Below, in pieces: positions 19,146-28,570 of a stretch of 64,000 nucleotides of DNA. The position numbers and the translations under genes were made by a program. Position 1 is the first letter of the stretch; every line of letters starts with the position of its first letter. The stretch comes from Muribaculaceae bacterium (GTDB taxonomy: Bacteria; Bacteroidota; Bacteroidia; Bacteroidales; Muribaculaceae): contig JAFZSO010000026.1 in the NCBI GenBank assembly GCA_017619355.1, positions 3,969 to 67,968 of the forward strand, read 5' to 3'. The notes under the pieces were generated by a model, which ran no database searches, was not told the origin of the DNA, and worked only from the letters and a program-made list of their open reading frames with translations.

Positions 19146-19180
19146 AACGGCGGGTCCTGCACTGGATTCGCCGTTTTTTT
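19146..19180 (+). terminator. fabG terminator
   Basis: AACGGCGGGTCC/GGATTCGCCGTT stem followed by a T-tract. Confidence 0.8.
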
Positions 19181-19183
19181 CTA

Positions 19184-19305
19184 TCTGAGTTCTCAGAGAC
19201 CTCAGAGACCTCGGAGCTCTCTGAAGACTCACTCATCACTAATCCCTAATCACTCATCACTAATCACTAATCACTAATCACTCATCACTAATCACTCATC
19301 CCTAA
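19184..19305. repeat. compound short tandem repeat: 5 x 9-mer then 11 x 7-mer
   Basis: TCAGAGACC-type units at 19184-19228; TCACTAA/TCACTCA/TCCCTAA units at 19229-19305. Confidence 0.92.
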
Positions 19306-19308
19306 TCC

Positions 19309-19758
19309 TCAATCGGTGCCTTCGGTGATTTCGGTCTTGAGCAATTCGTCGTACTCGGTCCAGTCGGGGTCTTCCTCGGCATAGAAGGTGAGGGGCAACT
19401 GCTCGAAGGGGGCAAGCGCCTCGTTGAACTTGCGCTGGAAAATGTGCAGACTGCGCGTGTAGAACACCCAGTTGCGCTCACCGTCGCCGGTATAGATGCC
19501 GGTGATGATGGCCACGGGATCCTTCCTGAAGCACTCGCTCAAGGCGGCATGCACCTCGTCCATGAGCATCGATGTCTTGTAGCGTGGCATGCCATTGCGG
19601 TCGCCCTCATAGGTCCAGGTCACCTCCACGCGGTAGTTAAACACGCCCATGGCGCGTGCCTCGTCAAGCTCGCGGCGGCCCGTCACGATTATCACATTGC
19701 CATTCTCGGCCTCGGTGGGAGCACTCCACCACTCATCGGTCAATTTCAGTCGTCCCAT
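19309..19758 (-). CDS. DUF695 domain protein
   Basis: GIYTGDGERNWVFY and DPDWTEY motifs; likely start MGRLKL. Confidence 0.82.
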   Translation of the reverse strand: MGRLKLTDEWWSAPTEAENGNVIIVTGRRELDEARAMGVFNYRVEVTWTYEGDRNGMPRYKTSMLMDEVHAALSECFRKDPVAIITGIYTGDGERNWVFYTRSLHIFQRKFNEALAPFEQLPLTFYAEEDPDWTEYDELLKTEITEGTD

Positions 19759-19884
19759 AACATTTTTTGCGATAAAATTAGTCATTTTCCACCACTTTAG
19801 CACGATTTTTGCTTTCTAATTTTCAAATGAGGCAAAAAAAGCCTAACTTTAACAACTGTTTTCTACACATAACCCTTTAATATT

Positions 19885-21234
19885 ATGAATATATTCATTC
19901 TCATCGTTTTTATTGTGATTATCGCTGTACTAGGCGCACTGCTCTTTCTTTCTAACCGCAAAGTGGAGGCCAAGCAGCAGGAATTCAACAGAATCATTCA
20001 GGACAAACAGCATGAATTTAACCAGAAACTGGAGAGCAAGCAACAGGAGTATGATGTGAAATCGGAGGCTAAGCAACAGGAGTTCAACAAAACCATCGAC
20101 AGCAAGCAGCAGGAGTTACGCGACCTCGTCGCCGAGCGCGCAGCACTTCAGCAACGGCTCGATTTCCTTGAACAGGAACAAAAGCAACTGGCCGAAGACT
20201 CGAAACTGGTGTTCAGCAAAGTAGCATCTGATTTGCTCGAAAAGCATGGAAAAACGCTGCGCGAAAGCAGTCAGCAACAAATATCGCAGCTGCTCAACCC
20301 CCTGTCAGCCAACTTGGAGCAACTCAAGAAGTCGATTAACGATTACTCGCACAAGCAAGTCGAATATAGCACTGCCCTCAAGCAGCAGATTGAAGATCTC
20401 GACAAAATGAACCAATCCATTGGCAAGGAGGCCAAAGAACTCTCTAACGCACTGCGAAGCAACAGCAAGACCCAGGGCGACTGGGGCGAGATGATTCTCA
20501 CCCGCATCCTTGAAAACTCAGGACTGGTCGAGGGCACGAACTATCATTTGCAGGTCACACACAACACCGACGGCTCACTTATCACCAACGACCAGGGCAA
20601 GGCTCTGCGACCCGATGTGGTGATTCACTTGCCTGACGGCAAGAACCTCGTCATCGACTCTAAGGTATCTCTCACCGCCTACACCCAGTGGGCCAACGAG
20701 GAAGACGAGCAACTACGCAAAGAGCACCTCAAAGAACACCTCAACTCGGTCAAGCGGCACATCGACGAATTGCAGAACAAGCGCTACGAACAGTGGGTGA
20801 AGGACGCTGCCGACTTTGTCATGCTCTTCATCCCCAACGAGGCCGCCTACCTTCAGGCCATGCAGGCCGACAACGACCTTTGGCAGTATGCCTACAAGCG
20901 CAATGTGGTCATCGTCAGCCCCACGCACCTCATCTCCAGCGTCAAGCTCATTGACCAACTCTGGACCCGAGAGCGCCAGAACAAGAACGCCTTGCAGATT
21001 GCCGAAGAGGCCGGCAAGATGCTCGATAAGTTCGTGACATTTGCCAAAGAGCTCGAGGACATTGACGATGATCTTATCAAGGCGCGTAAACACTACGATG
21101 GTGCCATGAACAAGCTCAAAACCGGCAAGGGCAATCTCGTGAGCCGCGCCCAGAAGGTGCAACAGCTCGGCGCCAAAGCCACCAAACCCCTACCCACCCC
21201 ACCAGCCAACCCTGAAGACCTCCTCGTCCCTTAA
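19885..21234 (+). CDS. rmuC: DNA recombination protein RmuC
   Basis: N-terminal TM and coiled coil, QGDWGE, RPDVVI..IDSKVSL and MLFIPNE motifs. Confidence 0.94.
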   Translation: MNIFILIVFIVIIAVLGALLFLSNRKVEAKQQEFNRIIQDKQHEFNQKLESKQQEYDVKSEAKQQEFNKTIDSKQQELRDLVAERAALQQRLDFLEQEQKQLAEDSKLVFSKVASDLLEKHGKTLRESSQQQISQLLNPLSANLEQLKKSINDYSHKQVEYSTALKQQIEDLDKMNQSIGKEAKELSNALRSNSKTQGDWGEMILTRILENSGLVEGTNYHLQVTHNTDGSLITNDQGKALRPDVVIHLPDGKNLVIDSKVSLTAYTQWANEEDEQLRKEHLKEHLNSVKRHIDELQNKRYEQWVKDAADFVMLFIPNEAAYLQAMQADNDLWQYAYKRNVVIVSPTHLISSVKLIDQLWTRERQNKNALQIAEEAGKMLDKFVTFAKELEDIDDDLIKARKHYDGAMNKLKTGKGNLVSRAQKVQQLGAKATKPLPTPPANPEDLLVP

Positions 21235-21249
21235 TCCTTTATAAGGCAA

Positions 21250-21298
21250 CTAGATATTCTGGATATTCTAGAGAATCTAGAAGGTCTAGAGAAACTAG
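21250..21298. repeat. 9-mer short tandem repeat (CTAGANNNN, about 5.5 units)
   Basis: CTAGATATT CTGGATATT CTAGAGAAT CTAGAAGGT CTAGAGAAA CTAG. Confidence 0.85.
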
Positions 21299-21313
21299 TG
21301 TTTTTGGCCGTGA

Positions 21314-21477
21314 TTTGGTGGTTTCAAAAATTATTCGTAACTTTGCAGCCCATTTCGCGCTCTGAGTGCACAGGGCCGCCTGCCCAGCAGTGACTGGGCC
21401 ACGCCGAAAATCGGCAAAGGTTACCGTCAAGATGTGATTCTCGCAGTAATCTTTATGTAAAACGTAATCAAGACATT
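21314..21477 (+). promoter_or_regulatory. promoter and structured ~125-nt 5' leader of the redoxin gene
   Basis: TTTG at 21314-21317 and TAACTTTG at 21338-21345; hairpins at 21382-21399 and 21403-21415. Confidence 0.6.
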
Positions 21478-21945
21478 ATGAAAAAAAGTGTAATATCTTT
21501 TGCAATCTTAACGCTTTTCATTCTTTTCGCTTCTTCGGGTAACTACAATCCCGCAGAGTCGAAGGTGGGTAGCATGGCCCCCAACTTCACCGTGGCCAAT
21601 GCGCACACCACTCTCTCGCTCCAGCAACTGCGTGGCAGCTATGTGCTCGTCACATTCTGGGACTCGGCCGAGCCTCAGTCGCGCATCGCCAACAGGCAAT
21701 ATGAGCGCCTTGCAGGTAAGGATCTCATACATATAGGCATCAACAACGATCGCAGTCAGGCCATTCTGGGCGAACTCTGCCGCATCGACCACATCAACCC
21801 CAAAAACCAGTTCCACGCCGATGACGACGGCCACATCCTCTCGCAGTGGAACCAGAACGATGGCGAACTCCACTCCTTCCTTATCGACCCACAGGGCACC
21901 ATCATCGCCGTCAACCCCTCCACCACTCTCATCTCCTCCCTCTAA
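21478..21945 (+). CDS. thioredoxin-fold (TlpA/AhpC-TSA-like) protein lacking CxxC
   Basis: VGSMAPNF, LRGSYVLVTFW-DSAE and SFLIDPQGTIIAVN motifs; N-terminal anchor. Confidence 0.8.
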   Translation: MKKSVISFAILTLFILFASSGNYNPAESKVGSMAPNFTVANAHTTLSLQQLRGSYVLVTFWDSAEPQSRIANRQYERLAGKDLIHIGINNDRSQAILGELCRIDHINPKNQFHADDDGHILSQWNQNDGELHSFLIDPQGTIIAVNPSTTLISSL

Positions 21946-22093
21946 ATTCCAATTCAAATACTCCACACACAAACTTGTCGGAGGCGGACTATTCGCACAC
22001 CGCTCCGACGAGCGACTCATGCTGCTCACACAATCGAATTGGAGATTTCCCTCAAATATTCATCAATTATTATTTCCCGATGGCGTCCACTCC

Positions 22094-22876
22094 TTAGAAT
22101 GAGGATTGCGGAGTGGCGGTTGAGAGGATGCGCTCTCGGAAGATTTTATCGGAGCGCAGTCGCTCAAGGGCTTTCTTGGATGCACCCTGGTGCGACTCCT
22201 TCTTGCTGTAGCCTGTGGCGTCGGCCGTATAGACTCCGCCCAGAATCACGGCGGTGCGGAAGATGGGGTTACCATCGGCATCGCTGAAGGTATCCATCAA
22301 TTCATACTCGATGGTGACGCGATACTTCTGTGTCCACTCGATGAGGCGCGACTTGAAGTTCTGCTCGGTCTTGACCAGGTCGTTGATGTCGAGATGCTCG
22401 GCAATGATTTTCACCTCGATGAAGCGCTTGCAGGCATTGAAGCCTCGATCAAGGTAAATGGCGCCCACCAGTGCCTCGAGGGCGTTGCCGCTAATGTAGG
22501 AGTTGTGAGAGGTGGAGTGTGCCATGGCCTTGACATGCGACCTGAGATGAAACGACTCGCCGATGCGGTTCAGACTCTCGCGTTGCACAATCTTGGCGCG
22601 GGTCGAGGTAAGGAAACCCTCGTGTTTTTCAGGATAACGGTTATAAAGATAGGCTGCCACCACGCAATCGAGCACGGCATCGCCTAAGTACTCCAGGCGC
22701 TCGTTGTTCACCCAGTGCCCTTCGTCGTCTTTGACCGACATGGAACGGTGCACCAGGGCCAAACGATAATAGTCGATGTTGCGTGGCAGGAAACCGGTGA
22801 TACGGTGTATAAAAACATAAAGCTCCTTATCCTTAGAGAAAAGGAGCTTTACCGTTGATATGAGATTGCCAAACAC
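22094..22876 (-). CDS. rnc: ribonuclease III
   Basis: NERLEYLGDAVL and EALVGAIYLD motifs, dsRBD NFKSRLIEW. Confidence 0.96.
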   Translation of the reverse strand: MFGNLISTVKLLFSKDKELYVFIHRITGFLPRNIDYYRLALVHRSMSVKDDEGHWVNNERLEYLGDAVLDCVVAAYLYNRYPEKHEGFLTSTRAKIVQRESLNRIGESFHLRSHVKAMAHSTSHNSYISGNALEALVGAIYLDRGFNACKRFIEVKIIAEHLDINDLVKTEQNFKSRLIEWTQKYRVTIEYELMDTFSDADGNPIFRTAVILGGVYTADATGYSKKESHQGASKKALERLRSDKIFRERILSTATPQSSF

Positions 22877-22890
22877 CGCGAGAAGAAAGT

Positions 22891-24174
22891 TTAGCCATTA
22901 AACTTCTTCACGATGATGCTGGCGTTATGTCCACCAAAGCCGAAAGTGTTAGACAAAGCGACATTCACCACACGCTTCTGGGCTTTGCCAAAGGTGAAGT
23001 TCATGTTGTAATCAATATTCTCGTCTTTGTCGTCTTCTTCATGGTTGATTGTGGGAGGCACAATATCGTCCTGGCAAGCCTTGACACAGAACAGTGCTTC
23101 CATAGCGCCAGTTGCGCCCAGCATGTGACCGGTCATCGACTTGGTGGAACTGATATTGAGTTTATAGGCATGGTCGCCAAACACGGCGGCAATGGCCTGA
23201 ACCTCTGAAGTATCACCCACGGGAGTGGATGTGCCATGAACATTGACATAATCGACATCTTCAGGACTGATACCTGCATCGGCAATAGCACGCTGCATCA
23301 CGAGTTTGGCACCCAGACCTTCGGGATGGCTTGCCGTGATGTGATAAGCATCGGCACTCATGCCGGCACCAATCACCTCGGCATAGATTTTGGCACCCCG
23401 AGCCAGGGCGTGTTCCAGCTCTTCGAAGATGAGGCACACACCACCCTCGCCCATCACGAAACCGTCGCGCGAAGCGCTGAAGGGGCGCGAAGCCTTTTCA
23501 GGCTCATCGTTGCGTGTTGAGATTGCCTTCATGGCGTTAAAGCCACCCACACCTGCGGGGTAGATAGAAGCCTCCGAGCCACCAGTCACCATGGCCACTG
23601 CCTTGCCCATACGCACCAGGTTGAAGGCATCGATAAGGGCATTGGTCGAGGTGGCGCAAGCCGAGACGATACCGTAGTTAGGACCACGGAAACCATACTT
23701 GATGGAAATCTGTCCGGCTGCCATATCGGCTATCATGGTGGGGATGAAGAAGGGACTGTACTTGGGACCATCTTCCTCATGCTTGGCATAGTAGCCAGCC
23801 TGATCTTCGAAGGTGTGCAGACCACCAATGCCCGAGCCGAAGACAACGCCAATCTCGTTGCCGTCAACGCCTTCGTCGAGCAAGTGTGCATCTTCAACAG
23901 CCTGTTTGGCCGCAGCCATAGCATACTGGGTATAGAGGTCGTTGCGCTTGAAGTCTTTCACTTCACGGCGGTCGTTCGGGTTATCCACATACTTGACCGG
24001 GTCAAAATCCTTCACCTCACACGCAAAGTGAGTCTTGAAGAGTGATGTATAAAAATGAGTAATAGGTCCCGCACCGCTCACTCCATTCAGGGCGTTTTTC
24101 CAAGTGGTTTCAACGTCCAGACCGATGGGAGTGATGGCACCAAGACCTGTTACCACTACTCTCTTTAATTCCAT
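22891..24174 (-). CDS. fabF: 3-oxoacyl-ACP synthase II
   Basis: RVVVTGLG, SACATS, HGTST, GHMLGA and SNTFGFGG motifs. Confidence 0.97.
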   Translation of the reverse strand: MELKRVVVTGLGAITPIGLDVETTWKNALNGVSGAGPITHFYTSLFKTHFACEVKDFDPVKYVDNPNDRREVKDFKRNDLYTQYAMAAAKQAVEDAHLLDEGVDGNEIGVVFGSGIGGLHTFEDQAGYYAKHEEDGPKYSPFFIPTMIADMAAGQISIKYGFRGPNYGIVSACATSTNALIDAFNLVRMGKAVAMVTGGSEASIYPAGVGGFNAMKAISTRNDEPEKASRPFSASRDGFVMGEGGVCLIFEELEHALARGAKIYAEVIGAGMSADAYHITASHPEGLGAKLVMQRAIADAGISPEDVDYVNVHGTSTPVGDTSEVQAIAAVFGDHAYKLNISSTKSMTGHMLGATGAMEALFCVKACQDDIVPPTINHEEDDKDENIDYNMNFTFGKAQKRVVNVALSNTFGFGGHNASIIVKKFNG

Positions 24175-24198
24175 GAATTGATGGGAATTATAAGATTT

Positions 24199-24438
24199 TT
24201 ATTCTGCCTTAGCTGCTTCGATATAGCTCACAGCATCCTGAACGGTCTGAATAGTTTCAGCCTTCTCATCGGGGATTTGGATGTCAAATTCCTTCTCAAA
24301 TTCCATGATGAGCTCTACAGTGTCGAGTGAGTCAGCACCAAGATCCTGTTGAAAAGTTGCTTCGGGAGTTACTTCAGCTTCGCTAACGCCTAACTTATCA
24401 ACGATAATCGATTTTACTCTTTCTTCAATTTCAGACAT
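24199..24438 (-). CDS. acpP: acyl carrier protein
   Basis: [12 protein letters not shown] motif; minus-strand TATCTTTG promoter at 24492-24499. Confidence 0.98.
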   Translation of the reverse strand: MSEIEERVKSIIVDKLGVSEAEVTPEATFQQDLGADSLDTVELIMEFEKEFDIQIPDEKAETIQTVQDAVSYIEAAKAE

Positions 24439-24867
24439 AGTTGTAATAATTTAAAGTGTTTAAAATAGTGTTCAATTCTAATTTTGCGGTGCAAAGATAA
24501 GCAATTATTATTCAAATATTAAAAGAAAACGGGCACAATTTGAACTTCGTTGCAGTTTTTTAGATTTCGGGGGTGCCGAAAATGACAATTTTTACAAAAA
24601 ATCACACTTCCAGGCCCTTTTGAGCAAAAATCGAGCAAACACAGCCACCAGAAGACTGACATCTTGTCAGCAGCATTTTGGCAGTCATGAGATTCACAAC
24701 AAGCTACCCTGCTCAATTCTTTCAAGGCTCTGTTCCACCACTTGCAACGCACTTGCCACATGCTCGGCCGTAAAGTACCGTTCCGTCCTAGAGTCATAAC
24801 CTGGAATTATTGACTTGACAAAATTAATTGTTTTCTTTAAGACAAATCACAAAATCCACAAAAGTCA

Positions 24868-24909
24868 AGCGTGTGAATGCCATAGAACTGGCTGCGACAT
24901 TCACACGCT
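24868..24909 (-). terminator. hairpin downstream of the PKD protein gene
   Basis: perfect 12-bp stem AGCGTGTGAATG/CATTCACACGCT. Confidence 0.65.
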
Positions 24910-24932
24910 GCTTGTTATTTGCCTGCCGAAGT

Positions 24933-26765
24933 TTATCGGAGTAGCTTGGTGGTGGTGTGGGTGCCGTCGGTGTAACGGGTCACCACGATGTTCACGCCAT
25001 CGAAGGGCTTGCTGCTTTCAATGCCAGTCAGATTGTAATAAGTGCGATTGAGCACCTGCTTGTCAGTCTGAGGCTGGTCGACACTAGTGGGTGTGACAGG
25101 CTTGAATGAGAGCTTGGGAGCCACAGCGAGCGACAGCGGGTCGTCAACATTCTGGTACCACATACCTGACTCCCGATTCTTAGAACCAGACTTATCGTCG
25201 TACACAAAATGATAGCCAGTGCATTTCTCGCCCACGGCACGACGGCAGAGCAGGATGGCAATATCGTCACCGTTCTCGTTGGGGAAGGGACCCACAACGG
25301 CAAAGAACTCGGTGCCTGCAGGAACCTCGACGGGAGCATCGAAGACAAACTCGGTGGCATTGACGGTGGTTGGGTCGTAGGCCAAGGCACCTGCCTTCAG
25401 ACTGGTGCTGCCCAGCACCTCACTTGGCATGCCGTCGGCACCGGCAGTCATGATCTTCATCTCAATGTCGGCATCGGCCGAAACCGTGGTGGTCTTGCCG
25501 AAATACACATCCACCTGGCTTATCTGAGCATCGGCAGCAGGAGCGTCGAAGTGCTCGGCAAACTCGCCTATGCCCAACCAGTTGGTGCCGGCATAGTTAC
25601 CATACCAGCCCATCTCCATCATCGTCAGGTTAGCGTTTTCTTCGGGAGCGATGTTCCACACTTCCTGTTCGCCACCTGCCTGAATGGCGGTGTTCACATA
25701 TTCGTCGACACTCGAGCCCACATCGTTAGCCACCTCAAGCTTAAGGCCATAGGTGCCTTCCTGCAGATAAGTGACCGTGGGGTTCTGCTCAGTGCTGGTC
25801 GCAACATCGGTGCCCTGGAAAGTCCATGTCCACGAAGTGGGATTGCCTGTGGAGGCATCCTTGAAGGTAAGGGGCACATTGGTGGGCACAAACATCATGA
25901 CCCACGGCGAGAGATAAGCGCCATCGGGCAGCCCAACATGAGCCACAGGAGCCTCGGCATGCACAATCACATAGGCGTTGCGCGTCTTGGTGTCGGTTGC
26001 GGTTCCGTCACCCACGGTAAGCGTCACGGCATAAGAGCCCGACCTGTTATAGGTGACCACAGGGTTCTGCTCTGTGCTGGTGGCAGGAGTACCGCCTTCG
26101 AAGGTCCAGTTCCACGAAGTTACATTGCCTGTCGAGAGGTCACGGAAGTGTACCGATTCACCCTCGCTGATGTTAATGACCGCTTCATCACCAGCGTTAG
26201 TTTCCAGAATCTTGAAGCCGTCAATAGCCTCATCCTCGCCATAGTCGCCCTCGTAAACAAACGAGAACTGCACCGTCTTGCCAGCATACGGGGCAAGGTC
26301 GACCGTGAAGCGCTCCCAACTGGGACCGTCATAACCCTGATCCTGCGCCCACATAAACTGATCGATGAGCAATGTTCTGTTGTTTCCTTCAATGGCATAG
26401 AGTTTCCAAGCGCCATATACCAGATAGATGCCACTGGCATAGCAGTAGAATTCCAGCGTAGAACCCGGACGGATTTCAATGGCAGGCGAGGTAGCCACCT
26501 CATTTTGACCACTGGCATAGTCAAGTATCATCGACGACATGCTTGTCAGGTCGATGCTTGAGAAGGGCTGAGAGGGATTACCCAATTTCCAGGTCGAACT
26601 GCTGGTAGACTGATAGGTCCAGGTGTCAAACTCAGTGGCACTATCCCAACCCATACTGTAATAGGGCACCGAAGCCTCGTCGGCACTGAACGATGCCGTG
26701 AGCGACTGCGCACGCACGCTCAACGCTGCCAAAGCAGCAAATAGCACAAAAGTAAATTTCTTCAT
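24933..26765 (-). CDS. secreted PKD-domain protein with a short T9SS-type C-terminal domain
   Basis: signal peptide; two PKD repeats (WNWTFEGG..QNPVVTY..G.YAVTLTV); tail YYNLTG..GVNIVV..KLLR. Confidence 0.85.
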   Translation of the reverse strand: MKKFTFVLFAALAALSVRAQSLTASFSADEASVPYYSMGWDSATEFDTWTYQSTSSSTWKLGNPSQPFSSIDLTSMSSMILDYASGQNEVATSPAIEIRPGSTLEFYCYASGIYLVYGAWKLYAIEGNNRTLLIDQFMWAQDQGYDGPSWERFTVDLAPYAGKTVQFSFVYEGDYGEDEAIDGFKILETNAGDEAVINISEGESVHFRDLSTGNVTSWNWTFEGGTPATSTEQNPVVTYNRSGSYAVTLTVGDGTATDTKTRNAYVIVHAEAPVAHVGLPDGAYLSPWVMMFVPTNVPLTFKDASTGNPTSWTWTFQGTDVATSTEQNPTVTYLQEGTYGLKLEVANDVGSSVDEYVNTAIQAGGEQEVWNIAPEENANLTMMEMGWYGNYAGTNWLGIGEFAEHFDAPAADAQISQVDVYFGKTTTVSADADIEMKIMTAGADGMPSEVLGSTSLKAGALAYDPTTVNATEFVFDAPVEVPAGTEFFAVVGPFPNENGDDIAILLCRRAVGEKCTGYHFVYDDKSGSKNRESGMWYQNVDDPLSLAVAPKLSFKPVTPTSVDQPQTDKQVLNRTYYNLTGIESSKPFDGVNIVVTRYTDGTHTTTKLLR

Positions 26766-26892
26766 AGGTCAAATATTTAGTGATTATTATAGTATTCTAC
26801 TGCAAATATACATAATCTTAGTCATTCGGGCAAGAAAAAAAGGCGGCCCTGCCCTTGCAAGAACCGCCCTGTGATGGTTATATGCCTGATAC

Positions 26893-28392
26893 CTACTTGC
26901 GCGGAATCTTGGCGATGGGAACGGCATCGGCCACATTCATGTAGTAGCAGAGCATGAAGATGCCCTTGTCGAAGCCCTTGGAGATGGCTGTGCCACGGTC
27001 GCTCACAAACACGTTGTCGCCACGGCTCACAAAACCGGTGCGGCCCATGTTCTGCGTGAGGAAGGCGTCGAGCTGGGCCTCGGTGCCGTTGTCATAGGAA
27101 TTGGCATCGAACTCGATGGAGACGAATTTTACAGGCGTGGTGAAGTTGAACTCGTTGTTGCTGACGATGGGGCCGGCAAATTCATAGGTAACCCTCAAGG
27201 GTGCCAGGAAATTAGCGAGATTGGTCTTGCCCTCATACTGCTCGGGGTGTGTGCCGTCGAGCAACTGATAGAAGTCGCCCACCTTGGCACCGGCAGGAAC
27301 GCCCGTCACCTGATTCTCGTCGAACAGAGTGAGCATATTGGCGCCCGTGATGGTGGCATCGATGTAGCCACGCACTGCCACAGCGTTAGGAGTGCCATTG
27401 GCATGAATAATCTTGAGGTTGCCCACCTTGTTGCCCTTCTTGTCGATGAGGAAATGCGTCACGCCATCCTCGCTCACGAGGTAGCGCTCGTCGTTCAAGT
27501 CAATGATGTTCTTGTATTTGATAGGTAAAATGCTGTCGCCACTGGCATTGCACACACCCATCTTCTCGCCACGAATCACGATGAAGTTGCCCGAGCCCTC
27601 CATCACGGCATTGTCATAGGATGCCTTGACGATGGCTTCGGGCGTCTTGAAGGGATTCTCCACCTCCTTGCCCTCGCCGTTGAGGCACACCACGGTGTCG
27701 CGCTTGGCAGCGGGGATAACGCCACGCTTAAAGAAACTTGTTACGGGGCGATACATGGTGGAGTTGGTCTGGAACAATTCCGAACCCTTCTTGTCGATAA
27801 TGGAGATGTCGATGATGGAATCCTGGTGCTGCGACATGACAAGCGCATAGTCGTCGAACATGAAAGGCTCGGCCTTGTCGTAACGGGCCGGTATCACCAT
27901 CTCGCCACTGGTGTTGATGTAGCCATACTTGTTGTTGGTTGTGTGCACAATGGCCAGACCACGGCAAAAGATGGAGCACTCGATGATGCTGTCGCCCAGC
28001 TGCGCCACAGGTTCGCACTGCTTGTTGATGACGCACAGGTTTTCGCCCTTGACACTTGCCACGGCATAGCCGTCGGCTGAGAACTCGGTCACGCTGCCAT
28101 AGTGCTTGGCGTTGACGGGATGCTTCACGTCGGCCACGTTGTAGTAGTCGTAGGTTCCCTCATCGTTGAGCACAAAGAACATGTCGCTCACAATGGCCGA
28201 GGGTGTGGCGGTGAAAGCATCTTTTGCCACCAGTTCACCAGTGTTGATGTCGAGTATGCTCCACTTTTCTGAGCCTTCGAGCACCACGGGCAGATAGCGG
28301 GTGTTGTAGGGATAATTGTCGTTAGTTTTGTTGCAAGATGCCAAGCCCAACAGCAGGGTGGCAGCAAGAATGAATATGAAATGCCTGTTCAT
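26893..28392 (-). CDS. WG-repeat lipoprotein
   Basis: lipobox LAS-C; KYGYINTSGEMVIPARYD-type WG_beta_rep repeats. Confidence 0.8.
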   Translation of the reverse strand: MNRHFIFILAATLLLGLASCNKTNDNYPYNTRYLPVVLEGSEKWSILDINTGELVAKDAFTATPSAIVSDMFFVLNDEGTYDYYNVADVKHPVNAKHYGSVTEFSADGYAVASVKGENLCVINKQCEPVAQLGDSIIECSIFCRGLAIVHTTNNKYGYINTSGEMVIPARYDKAEPFMFDDYALVMSQHQDSIIDISIIDKKGSELFQTNSTMYRPVTSFFKRGVIPAAKRDTVVCLNGEGKEVENPFKTPEAIVKASYDNAVMEGSGNFIVIRGEKMGVCNASGDSILPIKYKNIIDLNDERYLVSEDGVTHFLIDKKGNKVGNLKIIHANGTPNAVAVRGYIDATITGANMLTLFDENQVTGVPAGAKVGDFYQLLDGTHPEQYEGKTNLANFLAPLRVTYEFAGPIVSNNEFNFTTPVKFVSIEFDANSYDNGTEAQLDAFLTQNMGRTGFVSRGDNVFVSDRGTAISKGFDKGIFMLCYYMNVADAVPIAKIPRK

Positions 28393-28570
28393 AGCAAAAA
28401 TTTATTTTTAGTGATGGCGCAAGGCACAAAAAAGCGGGCTTGCACGCTGAAATCGGGTGCAAAACTACAAAATATTTTTCGCTTTTTCACATAGTGACGT
28501 GAAAAGTGGATATTTTTTATTATCTTTGCTTTTTAATTACTGGTGAAAAACCGCCTGAAAACGAAACCAA

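Noticed and set aside
19184-19305. possible CRISPR array
   Set aside because: Contiguous 7- and 9-mers with no unique spacers.
21977-22010. GTCGGAG..CTCCGAC hairpin between convergent genes as a REP-like element
   Set aside because: Only one copy was seen in the window; it may simply be a terminator.
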